A stretch of DNA of 63,821 nucleotides, filler included, from Folioceros fuciformis (GCA_049999805.1; 4 parts of 3 records of this genome joined end to end with filler, not necessarily neighbours in it), one strand, 5' to 3'; counted from the first letter of the whole stretch, positions 1 through 13,400 are shown. The notes: a model not told the origin generated them from the letters alone. Numbers and translations: made by a program.

Positions 1-600
1 GTCAACTGCGCTGGTTTAAAGAAGATCATGGACTCCTCGGACAGAAGGAAACTCGCGTTTATTGTGCAACACATGGGTGATTGCCACTGCAGTGGGATTG
101 TTCATCACCAACCCCCCATCCACCGCTGTGCACGTTGAGGATCGAAACAATAGTTAGTCAAAAGGAGATTTTTGTGAAAAGGTTTGAAAACTCATTCACT
201 TACGAAAAGGCAGATCAGAGAATTGCATACAAAATGGCAACAATAAGAAGAAGAAAAGAAAAGAAAAGAAAAGAAAAGGGGTACTCCAAAAGTACAGTGA
301 AGTGTGATAAACCTTTCTCCCTCACACTTAGGTACAAGTACCGTAGTGTTCGTGCATTTGATGTGTTCGTGATTTGTTCGTTAATGACTGTGTCACTACA
401 TGAGGATGAGAAAGTGCATGGAAAGAGAGAAATTGCATATTCCGTAGATGAGTGTGTTGGTGCCAGCATTTGGGAGAGGAGATGACCATGATTGCATCGA
501 CTTAGTATACGTTTAGAGACATTTTCTCTCCCATGACCATGAGGTCCACCATTGGAATGCTCATGCAAATCTACAAGTGAATAACTTTTGAGCCAAGAAA
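1..600 (-). pseudogene. Possible degenerate retroelement integrase fragment
   Basis: HEHSNGGPHGHGRENVSKRIL resembles the gypsy integrase H..GGH.G...KIL zinc-binding segment. It is interrupted by a (GAAAA)n run at ~253-277. Confidence 0.3.
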
Positions 601-959
601 GTTAGATTGGTATAAATTAAAGTATCCCATACCTATGGATATTGCAAGTTTGTTTGGAGCCTACAAAATATGCATATGATAACGAAAAAAAAAGGGTGTA
701 TGTATATTTGAGGTTAGGTGGGCGTGGAGGGCCGGCCAACCCGAGAAAGCGAGGGATTAGTGCGGGCACGCGGCGCCAGAGGAGTGGCGAGCTTTGAAAA
801 GTTGGATGTTGTGGGAGGAGCATCTTGGACGAGGTTGGAAAATTTTTGAAACCGAAGCGGACGAGATGATTGGACTTCACACTGAGTGAGTAGCGAACGG
901 TAAAGGGGAAAGGCGATGGCTCTCCTGGCCTGGCCTCGCCCCGGGCGATTTGTTTCGAA

Positions 960-1356
960 AAGACGTGGTGGCATGTGGGCAATTTCATGCTTCCAAGCCA
1001 CGGCTGTTTCCACACTCTATACAAGTAAAGGAGACGGTCCATAGTGGAAACACGCAGCCAACGTGGCAGTACCTGATTACCGCGTGGAAAATCACAATGA
1101 GGCCAGGTCACCAGGGGTAACAGCAAGCGGCGGGCAGGATCTGTCACAGGCGCCTGCCTACCTCACACCTCTCTCTCTTTTCCTTCTCTCTCTTCTCGGA
1201 GGCCCTTCCCTTCCTTCTCATTCCCCATGCCTCGCCTTGTCTTGCGTTCCTTTCCTTCCACTCTCTCCTCTCGTGGTGCGCTTTCCAAGGTGGGCTCCTC
1301 TGCACCCCGCGCGCCCTCCGCCCTCCCGCGCTTCCTCCCCGGCTCACATGGACTGA
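960..1356 (+). promoter_or_regulatory. Promoter/5' leader of MEI2-like gene: ACGTGG (G-box/ABRE-like) motifs, CT-rich leader, minimal uORF
   Basis: GACGTGG at ~962, ACGTGGC at 1061-1067, a pyrimidine-rich tract at ~1168-1270 and ATG-GAC-TGA at 1348-1356. Confidence 0.4.
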
Positions 1357-1370
1357 ACGATTAAACGCCG

Positions 1371-4300
1371 ATGGACGCCCTGGGGAGATCAGACATGCCT
1401 TCTAACGCATCTGCCGACTTCGGGGCGGGAATGCGTAATGAGCATCGTTTGGCAGCGCAAGATTGGTCGAGGGCAGGTTCTTACAGCTTGAAGAGCGTGG
1501 ATGACTGGTCCATGGCCGACCGGAGGACGACTCTGTCGCCTTTCTCCTGGTCCAACCCGGGCAGGATATCGTCGTTGAGTGGAGATCCCGCCGCGGTATG
1601 GTATGCGATGAGGTTTTCGGGTGGGGAGGGACTGTCGGCAGAGACTGCTGCGTCGCATTTGAGTGGTGATTTGGATGGGGAGGAGCCGTTTGAGTCAATG
1701 GAGGAACTTGAGTCCCATGTTATAGGGAATTTGCTGCCCGACGACGAAGATGATCTCCTTAGAGGGGTAGCGGATGATTTTGACTGCTTGGTTCCTCCCA
1801 GCAATGGGGAGGAATCAGAGGACGTTGATCTATTTATCAGCGGAGGAGGGATGGAGCTAGAGGGGGATGCGCAAGATGCCCATGGCGCCCACGATGTACT
1901 ATCCGGAGGCTCCGCGGCTCAGCAAGGGCCCAACGGACCAGGATCGGTCGCTGGGGAGCATCCCTACGGGGAGCATCCCTCCAGAACCCTTTTCGTCCGC
2001 AATATTAACAGTAACGTTGAGGACACTGAGCTGCGCTCGCTTTTCGAGGTAAATGATACTCTGGTCACAGCTTCCCGGTGTCCCGTGTTTGTGGTGTAGT
2101 ACGTTTCTGATTGGGATCTGGGACGGAATATGGGATGCAGCAATATGGTGTTATCCGCACTTTGTACACTGCCTGTAAGCATCGAGGTTTTGTCATGATA
2201 TCCTATTATGATATAAGGGCTGCTAGAAGTGCAATGAGGGGTCTTCAGAACAAGCCTCTGAGGAGACGGAAGCTGGACATCCACTTCTCCATTCCAAAGG
2301 TGCCGTTTAAAAGACCCTTTCAGTCTGGAAGTGCATTGGGTGTTGCTGGTGTTTGCGGCACGTAACTGGAGGTTAACACGCTGTGTTTTCCATCTGCTCA
2401 GCATTTATATGTAGCTGTTTTCTCATGTTAGACTTTCCCTGGGGGTTTGACGTGCTGTCCATGCTTTTGTCCAGGATAACCCATCGGATAAAGATGTGAA
2501 TCAGGGAACACTCGTCGTTTTCAACCTTGACGCATCTGTTTCCAATGATGACCTTCGGCAGATTTTTGGCGAGTACGGCGAAGTGAAAGAAGTGAGTTGT
2601 ACGAAGTGTGCTCCCACCTTACGCTACTGCGTTGCTATTTTCTGCATTACACTGTTTCTGTCTAGATATTGATCTTGTACGTACAATACTTTGTACGGGT
2701 GCTGGGGGAGCCTTATCCTTTTCTGTCATGTCATGTTATTGGATAGATCCGAGAGACTCCTCACAAACGCCACCATAAATTCATTGAGTTTTATGACGTT
2801 CGGGCTGCTGAGGCTGCCTTGCGAGCGTTGAACAGGAGTGATATTGCAGGCAAGCGCATCAAGCTGGAGCCTAGCAGACCTGGTGGAGCTCGCAGAAGGT
2901 TTGTTCACCAGACCCTCCCTGTAGCTCTGCTCTCGGTATCTTGTTACCTTGTCTGTGACTGATGCTGGCCCTTCCAACATTTTTTTTGTATTGGTGTGTT
3001 TCAATGGGTTTCATGAAGAATCATTCGAAGTGGCTTTTAGGTTGTGTGCCCATGTCTGAAGGGTCGACTAGTCTGCGGGCTGAAAGTCATCTGTAGAGCT
3101 TTGTGTCGTGATTTTGTGTTTCCTGAGCGATCTGATATGTGCTCTGTGTCTGTTGGTCTTGGGACAGCCTAATGCAGCAATTGAGCCAAGAGTTGGACCA
3201 GGAGGAGATCCGACCTAGCAGGCAGCAATCCAACTCTCCTCTAGGCAACTCTCCACCAGGTACAAACGTGACGTAATTCTGAATTATTTTCAGCTGAGCT
3301 GCTGCATATTACCTCTTTCAATAGAGGCATGAGCTGGCCATTCTGGTGGGTTTGAGCTCGGGAAGGGGGCATACTCTTAAGTTGTGCGAGAGTACATGGT
3401 GTGTGCTTGCTGTCCAGGAAGCCTCTCCGTTGAAGCAATCCGTGGCACTCATGGGGTGGTCTGGCACTTTGTTTGCAGGTCATCCTCAGTGGGGCTCCGT
3501 CAGTAGTGCCTCCATTGAAAATGGTTCTCTGCGGAATCTTCATTCCTTGAACCACACAAATTATGCTTCTCTTTTGAGCAACCCTTTGAATGGGCTTCCA
3601 GGGAGTCTGCAACCCCACATAAGCCCACCTGTGCCGCACCATATTCTGTGGGGCAATAGTGGTCAGTACCACCACCACACCCAGAGCTCTCCTCCGGTCT
3701 TGTGGTCTGCGCCTTCAGTTGGCAGTACATTTAACGGTCAAGTGCAGACATCATCTCTTGGTTATACAGGAACTCATAGTCACCTAGTCAATGCAGTCTT
3801 ATCCTCACACCTTCCTCGTGTGGGATCTGCTCCTGCACCTGGTGAGCCCTCCGTGCTAGAAAGGCGCCAGAGTTATCTTGGCGAGTCACCAGAGACATCG
3901 TCACTAGTACGAGCTGGTTCTCTGGGTACTATGGGGTTGGGTGGGACCACTGGGGCCTCTGCAGTAAATATTGGCGGGGGACACAGCCTTTTAAGTATCG
4001 GAGCTGCTCATGGAAGTAATGGTGGGCTTGAGCTTGGTTCTTCTCCCAATATGGGAGTCATGTCTCCCCAGCACAGAGGCCGTGGTGTCTTTTCAGCTGG
4101 TGGGTTGGCTGGTTCCATGTCAAATGCACTGGACACTTTCAATGATCGAGGTAGAAGCCGGAGGGGTGATAGTAGTTCTGGTCAAGCTGATAACAAAAAG
4201 CAGTATCAGCTGGATTTGGAACGCATTTTGCGAGGGGAAGATTCACGAACAACACTGATGATAAAGAACATTCCAAACAAGTGAGCTATCTTTGAGAACT

Positions 4301-5358
4301 TCAGTGAAGCTGAAACTGGTACCCGAAGTTAGAATGGCTTTGAAGTCATGGCTCGATCACCAGAAAGTAAGTTTCTACTGGGTGCATCTTTCTGACACTG
4401 AGCTTGGCAGATACACCTCCAAAATGTTACTGGCTGCTATTGATGAGCATCACCGAGGGACTTACGACTTCATTTATCTCCCCATTGACTTCAAGGTGCA
4501 GTAACTGTGCGGTGGTGACCACTGCTTTAGTTTGCAGCATCTGATACCGACCCTGTTTGGATCAAACTGCAGCTCTATTTTCAAGGGTGTGTTCAGGTGT
4601 TAACAATCTGTCCACTTACGTGCTTTGTCTATCCTACAGAACAAGTGCAATGTCGGGTATGCCTTCATCAACATGATTGCTCCTTCACGAATCGTACCGT
4701 TCTATCAGGTGATCTGCTTTACCAGGTCATGTTGAGAATTGTGTGTCGAAAATGTTGCGGCTTCATGCAATCTAACTTTGCACTAGTCTGCTTTAGCAGA
4801 GATTCTTGATGGGATTCTTGATCTTGCCTATCTCTAGGCAAGGAACTATTGTTCTTGTGGGCCGAGTGTGGATTTTGTTGACATGCTGATCTTATAGTAT
4901 ATTCCTTTATTGCAGGCTTTCAATGGTAAGAAGTGGGAGAAGTTCAACAGTGAGAAGGTGGCTTCACTTGCATATGCAAGGATACAGGGGAAAGCTGCCT
5001 TGGTTGCGCACTTCCAAAACTCCAGTTTGATGAATGAAGACAAGAGGTGCCGGCCTATTCTGTTCCACTCTGAAGGACCCCATGTCGGAGATCAGGTAAA
5101 GTTTCTTGAAGTAACTTGAAGGGTTATTTATTTTGGTAGTTGTGCCCGTTTTGAATATCATGCTTCTCTGTTCCCTTCTAGGAGCCTTTTCCAGTGGGTG
5201 TGACTGTGCGTATTCGCCCCAGCAGAGATCGCAGCAGCAGTGGTGGCAGTCATCAGGGGAGTCCTTCCACCAGTAACAGCAGCCGTGATGACTCGCTGCA
5301 TGGATCTGCTGTTGGAATGACGCAGCGCAACTTCTCTCCGGACAGGGATCAGGATTGA
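1371..5358 (+). CDS. AML: MEI2-like RNA-binding protein (AML class, three RRMs), multi-exon
   Basis: Spliced model with exons ~1371-2048, 2141-2299, 2475-2591, 2747-2898, ~3168-3259, ~3418/3479-4281, ~4411-4495, ~4640-4708, 4917-5095, 5182-5358. RRM1 has GEHPYGEHPSRTLFVRNINSNVED and RRM2 has NQGTLVVFNLD...KFIEFYDVRAAEAAL. The MEI2-specific RRM3 reads [66 protein letters not shown]. Stop TGA at 5356-5358. Confidence 0.95.
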
Positions 5359-7287
5359 CGTACTCCCTGTAGCAAGGATGAAATGTTAGACTCGGGTCTT
5401 CATAACCTGGCAGGTGTCTTGGCAGGCTTTGCGTACAAGTCGTCGGGAGTTCTCCTGAGAAGTGCCTCCTTCTCTGAATTGTTCCGTGAAGATGGGACTG
5501 GCTGATGAGTGATGGATAACCTGTATATTTGAACGGCTGCTGACAGCTCTGTGTTGCGGCAGTGGAAGGCACTTCTCGGATTTGCAAGTAAATAAATTCG
5601 AAGTACCTGGAGGTGGACAGTGAGGCAGTTTCTTGAGCGGCAATAGGTCTGTAAAAAGCATCATAAAGGGTGTACCGGCATGTTTGATTGGAAAGGGAGA
5701 TCCCAGGCAGTGTGAAGGGGCTGGACAGTCCACGGCTTGTTGGTTGGCTGTCTGGGTATCGCCATGAATGTACAGGTCCAGAAGTGGGGATACAGTACTT
5801 TGTAGCTATGAGATTAGGGTACATTGCCATTTTTCTTTGCATCTATTCTTATGCTCGATTTGGAGCAGGTGCTATTTTGTAGCGTGACAGGATACGGGAC
5901 TTCTATTGGTCATTGACTAGATGTAGGGGCGATTGATTATCTGGTTGGATTTGTAGCCGTGATACTGTATGAGAGTATGAGGGCAACGGGTTTTTCATGT
6001 CGTGTGTGACGTATTTGGCTATTCTGCGGCCGGTTTCTGCAAGGAGCAACCGGGGTGGTGTTCCCATGTCCTGCATTTTGCCAAGCCATCAGGTTATGGA
6101 TACACTTATCAGGTTGCCATTGTACTGAGCAGTGAATTTTCAGTTTTAGTAAAGCAGGTTGCATTTTTGGTGTAATGCAGACATCTTCAAAGCTTTCAGT
6201 GCAATGGTGTTCGTCTTTTCCTTCCTAGCTCACGAAAATAGTGTGTACAGTTAGTCTAATTTGTATCTAGATGTTTCTTCCTATACTGTAAATTTTTGTT
6301 TTGTAAATACAAAGGAAGTTTGCACGCTGTCTTGGACGATGTTGACGGTTGGGTGCTATTCGAAACTAAGGGGACCTCTGGAAGGATCGGGCTCCCGGAG
6401 CCCCAATGGAATGCGATAAAATGGTGTGGAACAGTAGAATTTTAGTGGAAGGATGGATCTCCGTGGGACTTGGATTCTCTTGGAGTCTCAGGGACTTAGA
6501 TTCTAGTAAAACAATAGAATCCACTAATGGATTTTCGTCTATTAGAATGCTTGAAGACCCACCTACAAGGATTTTCGTAACGAGACTTGAATTCTACTCT
6601 ACTCTGTTAAGGACTGGATTTTTGTCATAGCACTGGGATTCTAATCATACTATTACAGTCCACTAAGATGGACTTCCATCATGAATTTGAATTCTATTAA
6701 AGTTCCCCATCTTCCCTCTAGGGAGGGTACCTATGGTAATTCCAGACCCATCTAAGTGCATAAGGTAATCCCAGAGTTCTTGCGGGCGAATCCAACTTGA
6801 TGATCTGGGCAAAAGGAGTTCTCACGGGAAATGAGCTCCTTTCTACAACAGAAAATGGCTTCGTGCAGCACAACTTCCCAGGGTCGGCAGCCGTCTTTGA
6901 GGCCCCTTGTGAAGAATCCGATGCGCTGAAAGTGATGGAATCGTCGAAGGATACCTGCCACTCTGCAATGGGCGGGCGCATTCCCCATTACAAACGGAAA
7001 TATGATAATGAATTTCGTGCGGCATAGGTTGCGACGACGCGGACTACCTACCTGCCCACCCATGACCGTTAGAGCGCTTATCATGGTCTGGATAGGCATA
7101 GACACGCCTACCACGCGTTGTAACGATTCCCGATATAGAATCTGAGATTATGCATAATTCAAAACAGTCCAGGTCTAGCCTGTTGTGAGTATACATACTT
7201 TGAAGAGGCGTGCTTTGAAATGACTCAAAGCTGCAGCTATGAATCCTCCTTTCATTTTCCTCCTGACATCAATGAGGAGAGTAAAAA

Positions 7288-9490
7288 TCACTTCGATACG
7301 GATACAGGGTAAGAATTGGTGGCATTGTCGAAAGTGCAGGCGCAGGTACACAAACTACGAGAGCCCTGCACCAGCCTTTGTGCTCTTCGCATATGCAGCT
7401 TCACCCATGGCAGTTTGGTAGCGACCTGCTTGTTCAAGGCACAGTAAGCAGAATTCTGGTGTCGGGCCGTCGGGCAACTTGATCACGTGCACCGTATGGC
7501 TTGTTTACTGCCACTTACCATGCGCCAGGTGAGGTCTTCAGGGCCGAACGGCTGCGCAGGATTCGAATACCGGAAATGTACAGAGTACTGCACAGTATGA
7601 ACAAAAGTTAGAGGAATAAGGCCCAACAGACGGCTTAAAGACATGGGCTTCACTCCTGCAATTAGCACCTCCGCGAGATGCTTGCGAAGGGACGCTCTCT
7701 GCTCGTCACCGATACCACGTAGATAACCCAACAACCAGCCAACTTGGAGTGCATCTTTCGAAGAGACAAATAATGCAATCTGCAAAAGTGCCACGAGGCC
7801 GACAAACTGTGAGGCCGAAACCAGAGACAAGCAAAACAGTTTGGGCAGCACAACAGACCGTGCGAGAAGCTTGTAGAGACAACGCACCTTCTTGTAGTCC
7901 AGAATCCCTTCGAAAGGGAGCTCCAACTCGTCGCTGACTATTACAGGAATGCAGCCACTTAGAATGGCATCAAAGAGCCTAGCTGAGGAGGGAGTATCTC
8001 CAGCTGGGCTGAGGCAAAAAATCGAGCTGAGACCGAAATGAGAGAGAGCAGGCAGGCGCATTAAACAGGGTAGCAGGCCGAAACAAGGAAAGAACGCGTC
8101 CCAAGACTGAAGCCACGTCGCATCTTCATCAATACCTGCGCATCCCGGACTGTGCAGCCTGCTTTCCCGCTTCACCAGGAGAACCTTCTTCTATTACCAC
8201 ATCGCCCTCGTTTTGCAGGAGGGCAGCTAGTTTATTACGGATCTTTCCTCCCTAATACCCACAGCGCAGAGGAGGACACAACGGGGGTAAGAAACTGGAA
8301 GACAAGGTGAGGTGGGGCAGGGGAAAGCTGCAACATGCTGGGATGTGGTGCACCACACCGCATTCCGCTTTATTCTTCCGCGAAAGAAAAGTAGAGTGCG
8401 CCTTTCAGGCAGGGACGAGATCAGACACGCAGTATCACAAGGTTCCACATTGGAAGCATATGGAAGGACCACATCCTTCTCCAAAGAGACTTGGCCGGGC
8501 TTGTACCTGCGTGGGCCAATGTGAGAGGAATGGATACTGTGAAATTTATGAGAAATAGCAGGACGGTAGTGGTACCAGTTTCCTGTCGCATCTAGGTCTG
8601 GAAGAAGCCATATTGCGTTCTTCACATGATGCCGAACTGACTTGAAAGACCAGGGATGGTGCAGTGGAAACACATGGTCCCTCCCACCAGAAAGGTGCCA
8701 TGCTGGCTGATCCAGAATCCAATCCAGAGCTTCCTACACTCCGACAGACTAACGAGTGAACGTCAGTGAAGACCCCGTGCAAGCTGCAGCCTGCCTTCAA
8801 CTAAAAGATCATCTAGAGAAGGAGTTGTGTGAGCACCCTATAAAGCCGCTTGCACACGCGCTTGTCCAGGAGGAAGAAGCTGATGGTGGTGAAAAAAGGT
8901 ACAAAAAAGACGTCGGCGTCCGACTGTTCCACCACTCGCACAACACTTTCCAACTGGCGCTGTGACTGGGGTAACACCAAGTCGGCATACAGCCAGTAGT
9001 CGACTGAATGCTGCCAGCCCAACAACTTCAATTTCAATCGAAGACGGGGACACAGATACGGTGAAGTAGGCAAAGGCAGACAAGGAAGTGGTAGGGGTAG
9101 CACCTGCTCGATGAGCCGATGGACAGGACTGCCATTGGACGTCCAATTGACAGTCTCCTGGTAGCTGGTGTAGAAGAGAGAGAGCAATTGGCGTGTGAAT
9201 TTCTCAGGCATGTCGTAAACATAGACTCTCAACGGCCGGGCTGCGCGCCAGATGCTGGCTGACGACGCCAGCTCGGGGGAAAGGACAGAGTGGGCAGGGC
9301 CAGGGGTAGGGGTAGCAGTCCTGGCCAGGAAGAACTCAAGGGAATGCAGAAACGAGCAGTCCACAGTGCTGGACCTGGAGGAACTGGTCCAGGACGCGAC
9401 AAAATAAGAGGGCACGAGCAAAGCTAAAACAGAGAGCAGGATGATGAGAGCGGCCCTTCTCACCACTCTCCTGACGAGCCGACCTGTCAT
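7288..9490 (-). CDS. ARAD1: Exostosin/GT47 glycosyltransferase, arabinosyltransferase ARAD1-like, multi-exon
   Basis: Type II membrane N-terminus [26 protein letters not shown]. Family motifs: [129 protein letters not shown]. Last exon [28 protein letters not shown] ends at TGA (7290-7288). Confidence 0.93.
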
Positions 9491-9571
9491 ATTGGAATTG
9501 CCAAGAGGAGAAACTCGGAGCCGGAAAGCTCTACCAGAGAAAAGAGAACAAAGCTTAGAACGGCAAGCCAC

Positions 9572-10057
9572 CTAGGCCTTTTTCTGATGCCGCAAGAGAG
9601 ACGATGTGGCCACCACAACTCGGATCTGTGTCACCACGACAACTAACACCTGCGTTCCCTCGAACACCCTAAACAAGATCGACCGCTGGTCACCGTTCTG
9701 ATTGTAGAGCTCAGCGGACGTGAGCGGTACAAGAGACAGCACGAGCGCCAGAACTGTTGCCACCATATAGCTCCTTAGCAGGATGGAAGAAGATCGCCTC
9801 AACCCTAGAATCCCCGCGCACACACCCCCGGCTCCTATGGCGCCCCAGGCCACAGCTGCAGCAGGAGCATGGGGCGGCCACAGGAAGAGCAGCCAGAGAG
9901 CCCGCACCAGGAGCAGTACGCCTTGAACCCTCAAGTACCTGCCCACAAGCAGCCGGCTCTTCGCAGCGCGCTGGAATCGCGAGTCGATGGTCATCCTGAA
10001 GCCATAGTCGGAGCCGTCCGTGCCCACGGGCCTGGCGCCCGGTCCTCTGTCCGGCAT
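9572..10057 (-). CDS. JAGN1: Jagunal-like ER membrane protein, single exon, 161 aa
   Basis: N-terminal jagunal signature RPVGTDGSDYGFRMTIDSRF, about four hydrophobic segments, and C-terminal QKKA resembling an ER-retrieval dilysine motif. Confidence 0.85.
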   Translation of the reverse strand: MPDRGPGARPVGTDGSDYGFRMTIDSRFQRAAKSRLLVGRYLRVQGVLLLVRALWLLFLWPPHAPAAAVAWGAIGAGGVCAGILGLRRSSSILLRSYMVATVLALVLSLVPLTSAELYNQNGDQRSILFRVFEGTQVLVVVVTQIRVVVATSSLLRHQKKA

Positions 10058-10481
10058 CGTCCGAGCCGTTGCGTTTGCAAAAGCTTGAATAAGTCTAACT
10101 GTGGGATGCCAATGCCATAGACCCCTTCTTGCTCTTATAGAGAATGATCTGCAGTTCGCGAGATCACTCCATGGATCTGTTCGGGTGGCACCGAGCTCCC
10201 ATTTTTGTCGGGGAGATATATTGTCGGATACTTTGCTAGTACATGTAATAGTAAAGCTTTAGTTTGCGACATTTTTGTTGAGGATAGTCTGCAGACGAGA
10301 ATCGATCCCGCGTCTTCGAGTTGAAGGATGATTCTCTACCACTGATCTATATTATATTGCATTGACACCGAAATGTGTAAGGTGAAGTCTCAGCCTCAGC
10401 TGAAGAACGTTGCATTGATGTACTTCGAAGGGGAACAGCAACTGGTCTGGGTAGATGGATAACTGGCAAGAGCGCGAAAGA

Positions 10482-13400
10482 TCAGAAGTCGAAGCTGACA
10501 GAGTGATAGTGGAAAGCAACAGGGCTTCCAAACAGGGAACTGTGCGACTGGCATTCCTCAGCGACGGTCTGTTGCAAGTTTAGTGGGCCGCACACCAGCA
10601 CTCCCACATGTGCATTTCGTCCAGCCAACCGCTTTTCCACCTCGTTGAACAGAGCTGCCTCAGCGAGAAAGACACGTTCGTGAGTGAAACTTCCTCTACC
10701 GTTGAACAAAATCAGCACGCAGGAAGTCAAGCCATTGAACCTAATCAGCAGGCACGCAGTGGATCAGAAGAGGCAGTGGTAGAAAACACACCATGAACAT
10801 CTGGACGACTGCCGTATTGGACGATTCCGGAATCCAGAAGTCTGCCAGTGAACGCCGATGTTGGAGACGCATTGGGAGCTGTCATCTCCGTTTCAGCGAC
10901 ATATCCAATGGCTGTGTCCGTGGGAGCAAAGCGAGGAGGCCGGTACAGCTGAGGCTGCACCCATGAAGTCCAAGCCAGTACAGTGGCTGCTCCGAACCCA
11001 ACGCCGACAGCGCACGCCAATAAGAACCACATCGCCTTCAGCCACGAACTGTAGTCATCGTAGTCCGGACCCGTGATGTAGTTGACGAAAAGAGCCCAAG
11101 CAAGCAGCAGGCCCATCACGGCCGCAGTGAGCACCAGGAAGTGGCCCAGATTACTGTCTTTGGCCACTTCCGGGCAGATGGGATGGAGTCTTCCGTCACT
11201 GTTGAATGCGGCCGCACAGTTGACGCCCTGCTTCGCTTTCTCCACCACGTCCTCCGGGTCTGCTACCTGCTGCCGGGTGACGAAGCCCAGGATGCGTAGA
11301 TTGAACGAGGAGTGAGGCACATCTGGGAAAGTCATGCGATTCAGGATCTGCAGCTCGTCGGCCTTGCGAACAGCCCACACCAATGTCACGTCCGTGGGTA
11401 GCTTGCCCGTCTCTCCGCCCCCGGTGTGGGTGCTGTAGCGGTGCATGAGGTCCTTTAAGATGGATATGAAGGGCGCGATTCCGCTCCCGCCGGCGACAAA
11501 CATCAAAGTGTCGTACCTTTGCGGATGCACAACACAAGTCCACACGGTCCTGATGCTTCCAAGCAGGATTCGAGCTAGGACGGCAATGCATCTACAATGG
11601 CACCTGGTCCAGGTGAGTGTCGACCACGATCATGAACGTACCTGAGGAAGTAAGGGTCTTCGTGTCCGTAAGGTCCCTCGACGGCAGCCTTGATGCCGAA
11701 CGGGCATCTCGAAGTAGTAGTCGTCGGCGAACCATCAGATGCAGCGCGATCCATCACGTCTCCATGGGCGTCGACTTCTACTCCAGCCAACCTCTCCAAG
11801 CCTGTTGTCCAACCTCCAGCCCGCTTCACCAGAATGGTGATGCGGTCCTTCTCCACGAGGGAGCTGGAGGCCATGGTGAAAGGGTGCCATTGCCACCATG
11901 ACAGTGCAGGTATCTGCACAAATACGAACGCCGCGGCGGTGTACTCCAGACCTGCCGTGGTACCGGCGTGATCCGACACAGCACGCGTCCAGCAATTGAG
12001 TAGTGAGATCTGGAGCAAAGCGACAAAAGTGCAAACAAAGGTCGCAGCAGCTAGCACGGACCTGGATGCTTGGCGAACACCAGCTCTATAGTGTCGCCCG
12101 GAAGACAACGAACGGATATGATGCCGGCTTCTTTTCTTGACTGGATGAATCGAAGGACGCGATCGAGCATGAAGATGAAGACGTAACCCATCCACATGAA
12201 ACCTGTCCACTCTCCCAGGTGGATCATGGAAAAGACCACCCACAGCACGTAGAGCTGGTGGAATCCGAAGAAGACCTCGAAGAATTTGGTCCGGACTGGA
12301 TACCACGACGTGACCATTATCGCCAAGCCAACCACTCCCGCAAGCGTTCCAGATAGGTAGTTGATTCCGGTGTGCTGCCATAACTTCCACTGCATCCACG
12401 GACACACAAATTCTCGAAATCAGTAAGTAGGTGGAGACCGTGATGCACTTGAGGTTGGATTGACTGGGTGGGCTCTTCACAGAATTGCAAATCTCTCGGT
12501 GCATTGGCCGGCGACTTCGTTAAGGCTACATGGATGTGTTGCAAGTTGCAGCATTAAAGACGCCCACGTCCAGACTTACTTCATGGAGCTTGTCCGTCCA
12601 CGCCCAATAGGCGTATATAAGGGCGGCATGCCCAATAGTGAAGACCATCATGATGAAGGCGGCCCACTTGTGATACTTCACAGCATGCTCGAACGGAATG
12701 TTCACCAGACGTAACAGCACCGACCCCCTGGAGACTGGCAGGAAGACGAACCCGAAGGGCACGATGATGCCGAAGCCAGCTATGAGAGCAGCATACAGCA
12801 GCTTGCCTTGATTTCTGCGATTGCCCCGCACAGAAACACCACAAGACACGGTGTTCAGTAGCCAGCAACAAATTTAAAGCAAGTTACGTGCGACAATCCC
12901 TCTACACCTGACAGGGGCCAGCAAATGGCATGCACACACCGAGTTATCTTGTTCTCGTCGAGCCAGTCTTGGGTGACGTACTCCTTGATGCCCAAATCAG
13001 TCCAGTATCCAACCGTCCAGCATGTTAGCGCCACCATGAAAATGATGAACGTGAGGTCTGCCGCTGACACCACCCCGAGGTAACTTCGCGTCAGCACCGG
13101 GTAGCTCCAGACGCTCACCCGAGGCCGGCCCCGAGCCACAATCTCGTCGAACCAGTTGTTAGCGCTGCACACAAGGGTCCCCGCGCCAGCGATCAGCCCT
13201 CCCGACCCGCATTTCATGATCATCCCACCTCTCCACCACCAACCCAATTGAATGCAGCACTCACACTCTTTGGATGGCTCTGGGAGAGACGACGTGAAGG
13301 TACAAGGCCGCCACCATTGCGATCAAGATGGCGATTCCTGTGAACAGAAACATGTAGTACGCTGCACAGGGCAGGTGGTGAGCACGACCGCATTTTCTCA

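Noticed and set aside
4964-5842. 292-aa minus-strand ORF
   Set aside because: Overlaps the MEI2-like last exons and 3'UTR on the opposite strand and has no recognisable motif.
9484-9571. Possible 88-nt GT-AG intron right after the jagunal stop
   Set aside because: It would remove the ARAD ATG, and the compatible upstream frame has a stop and no ATG, so it yields no valid GT47 start.
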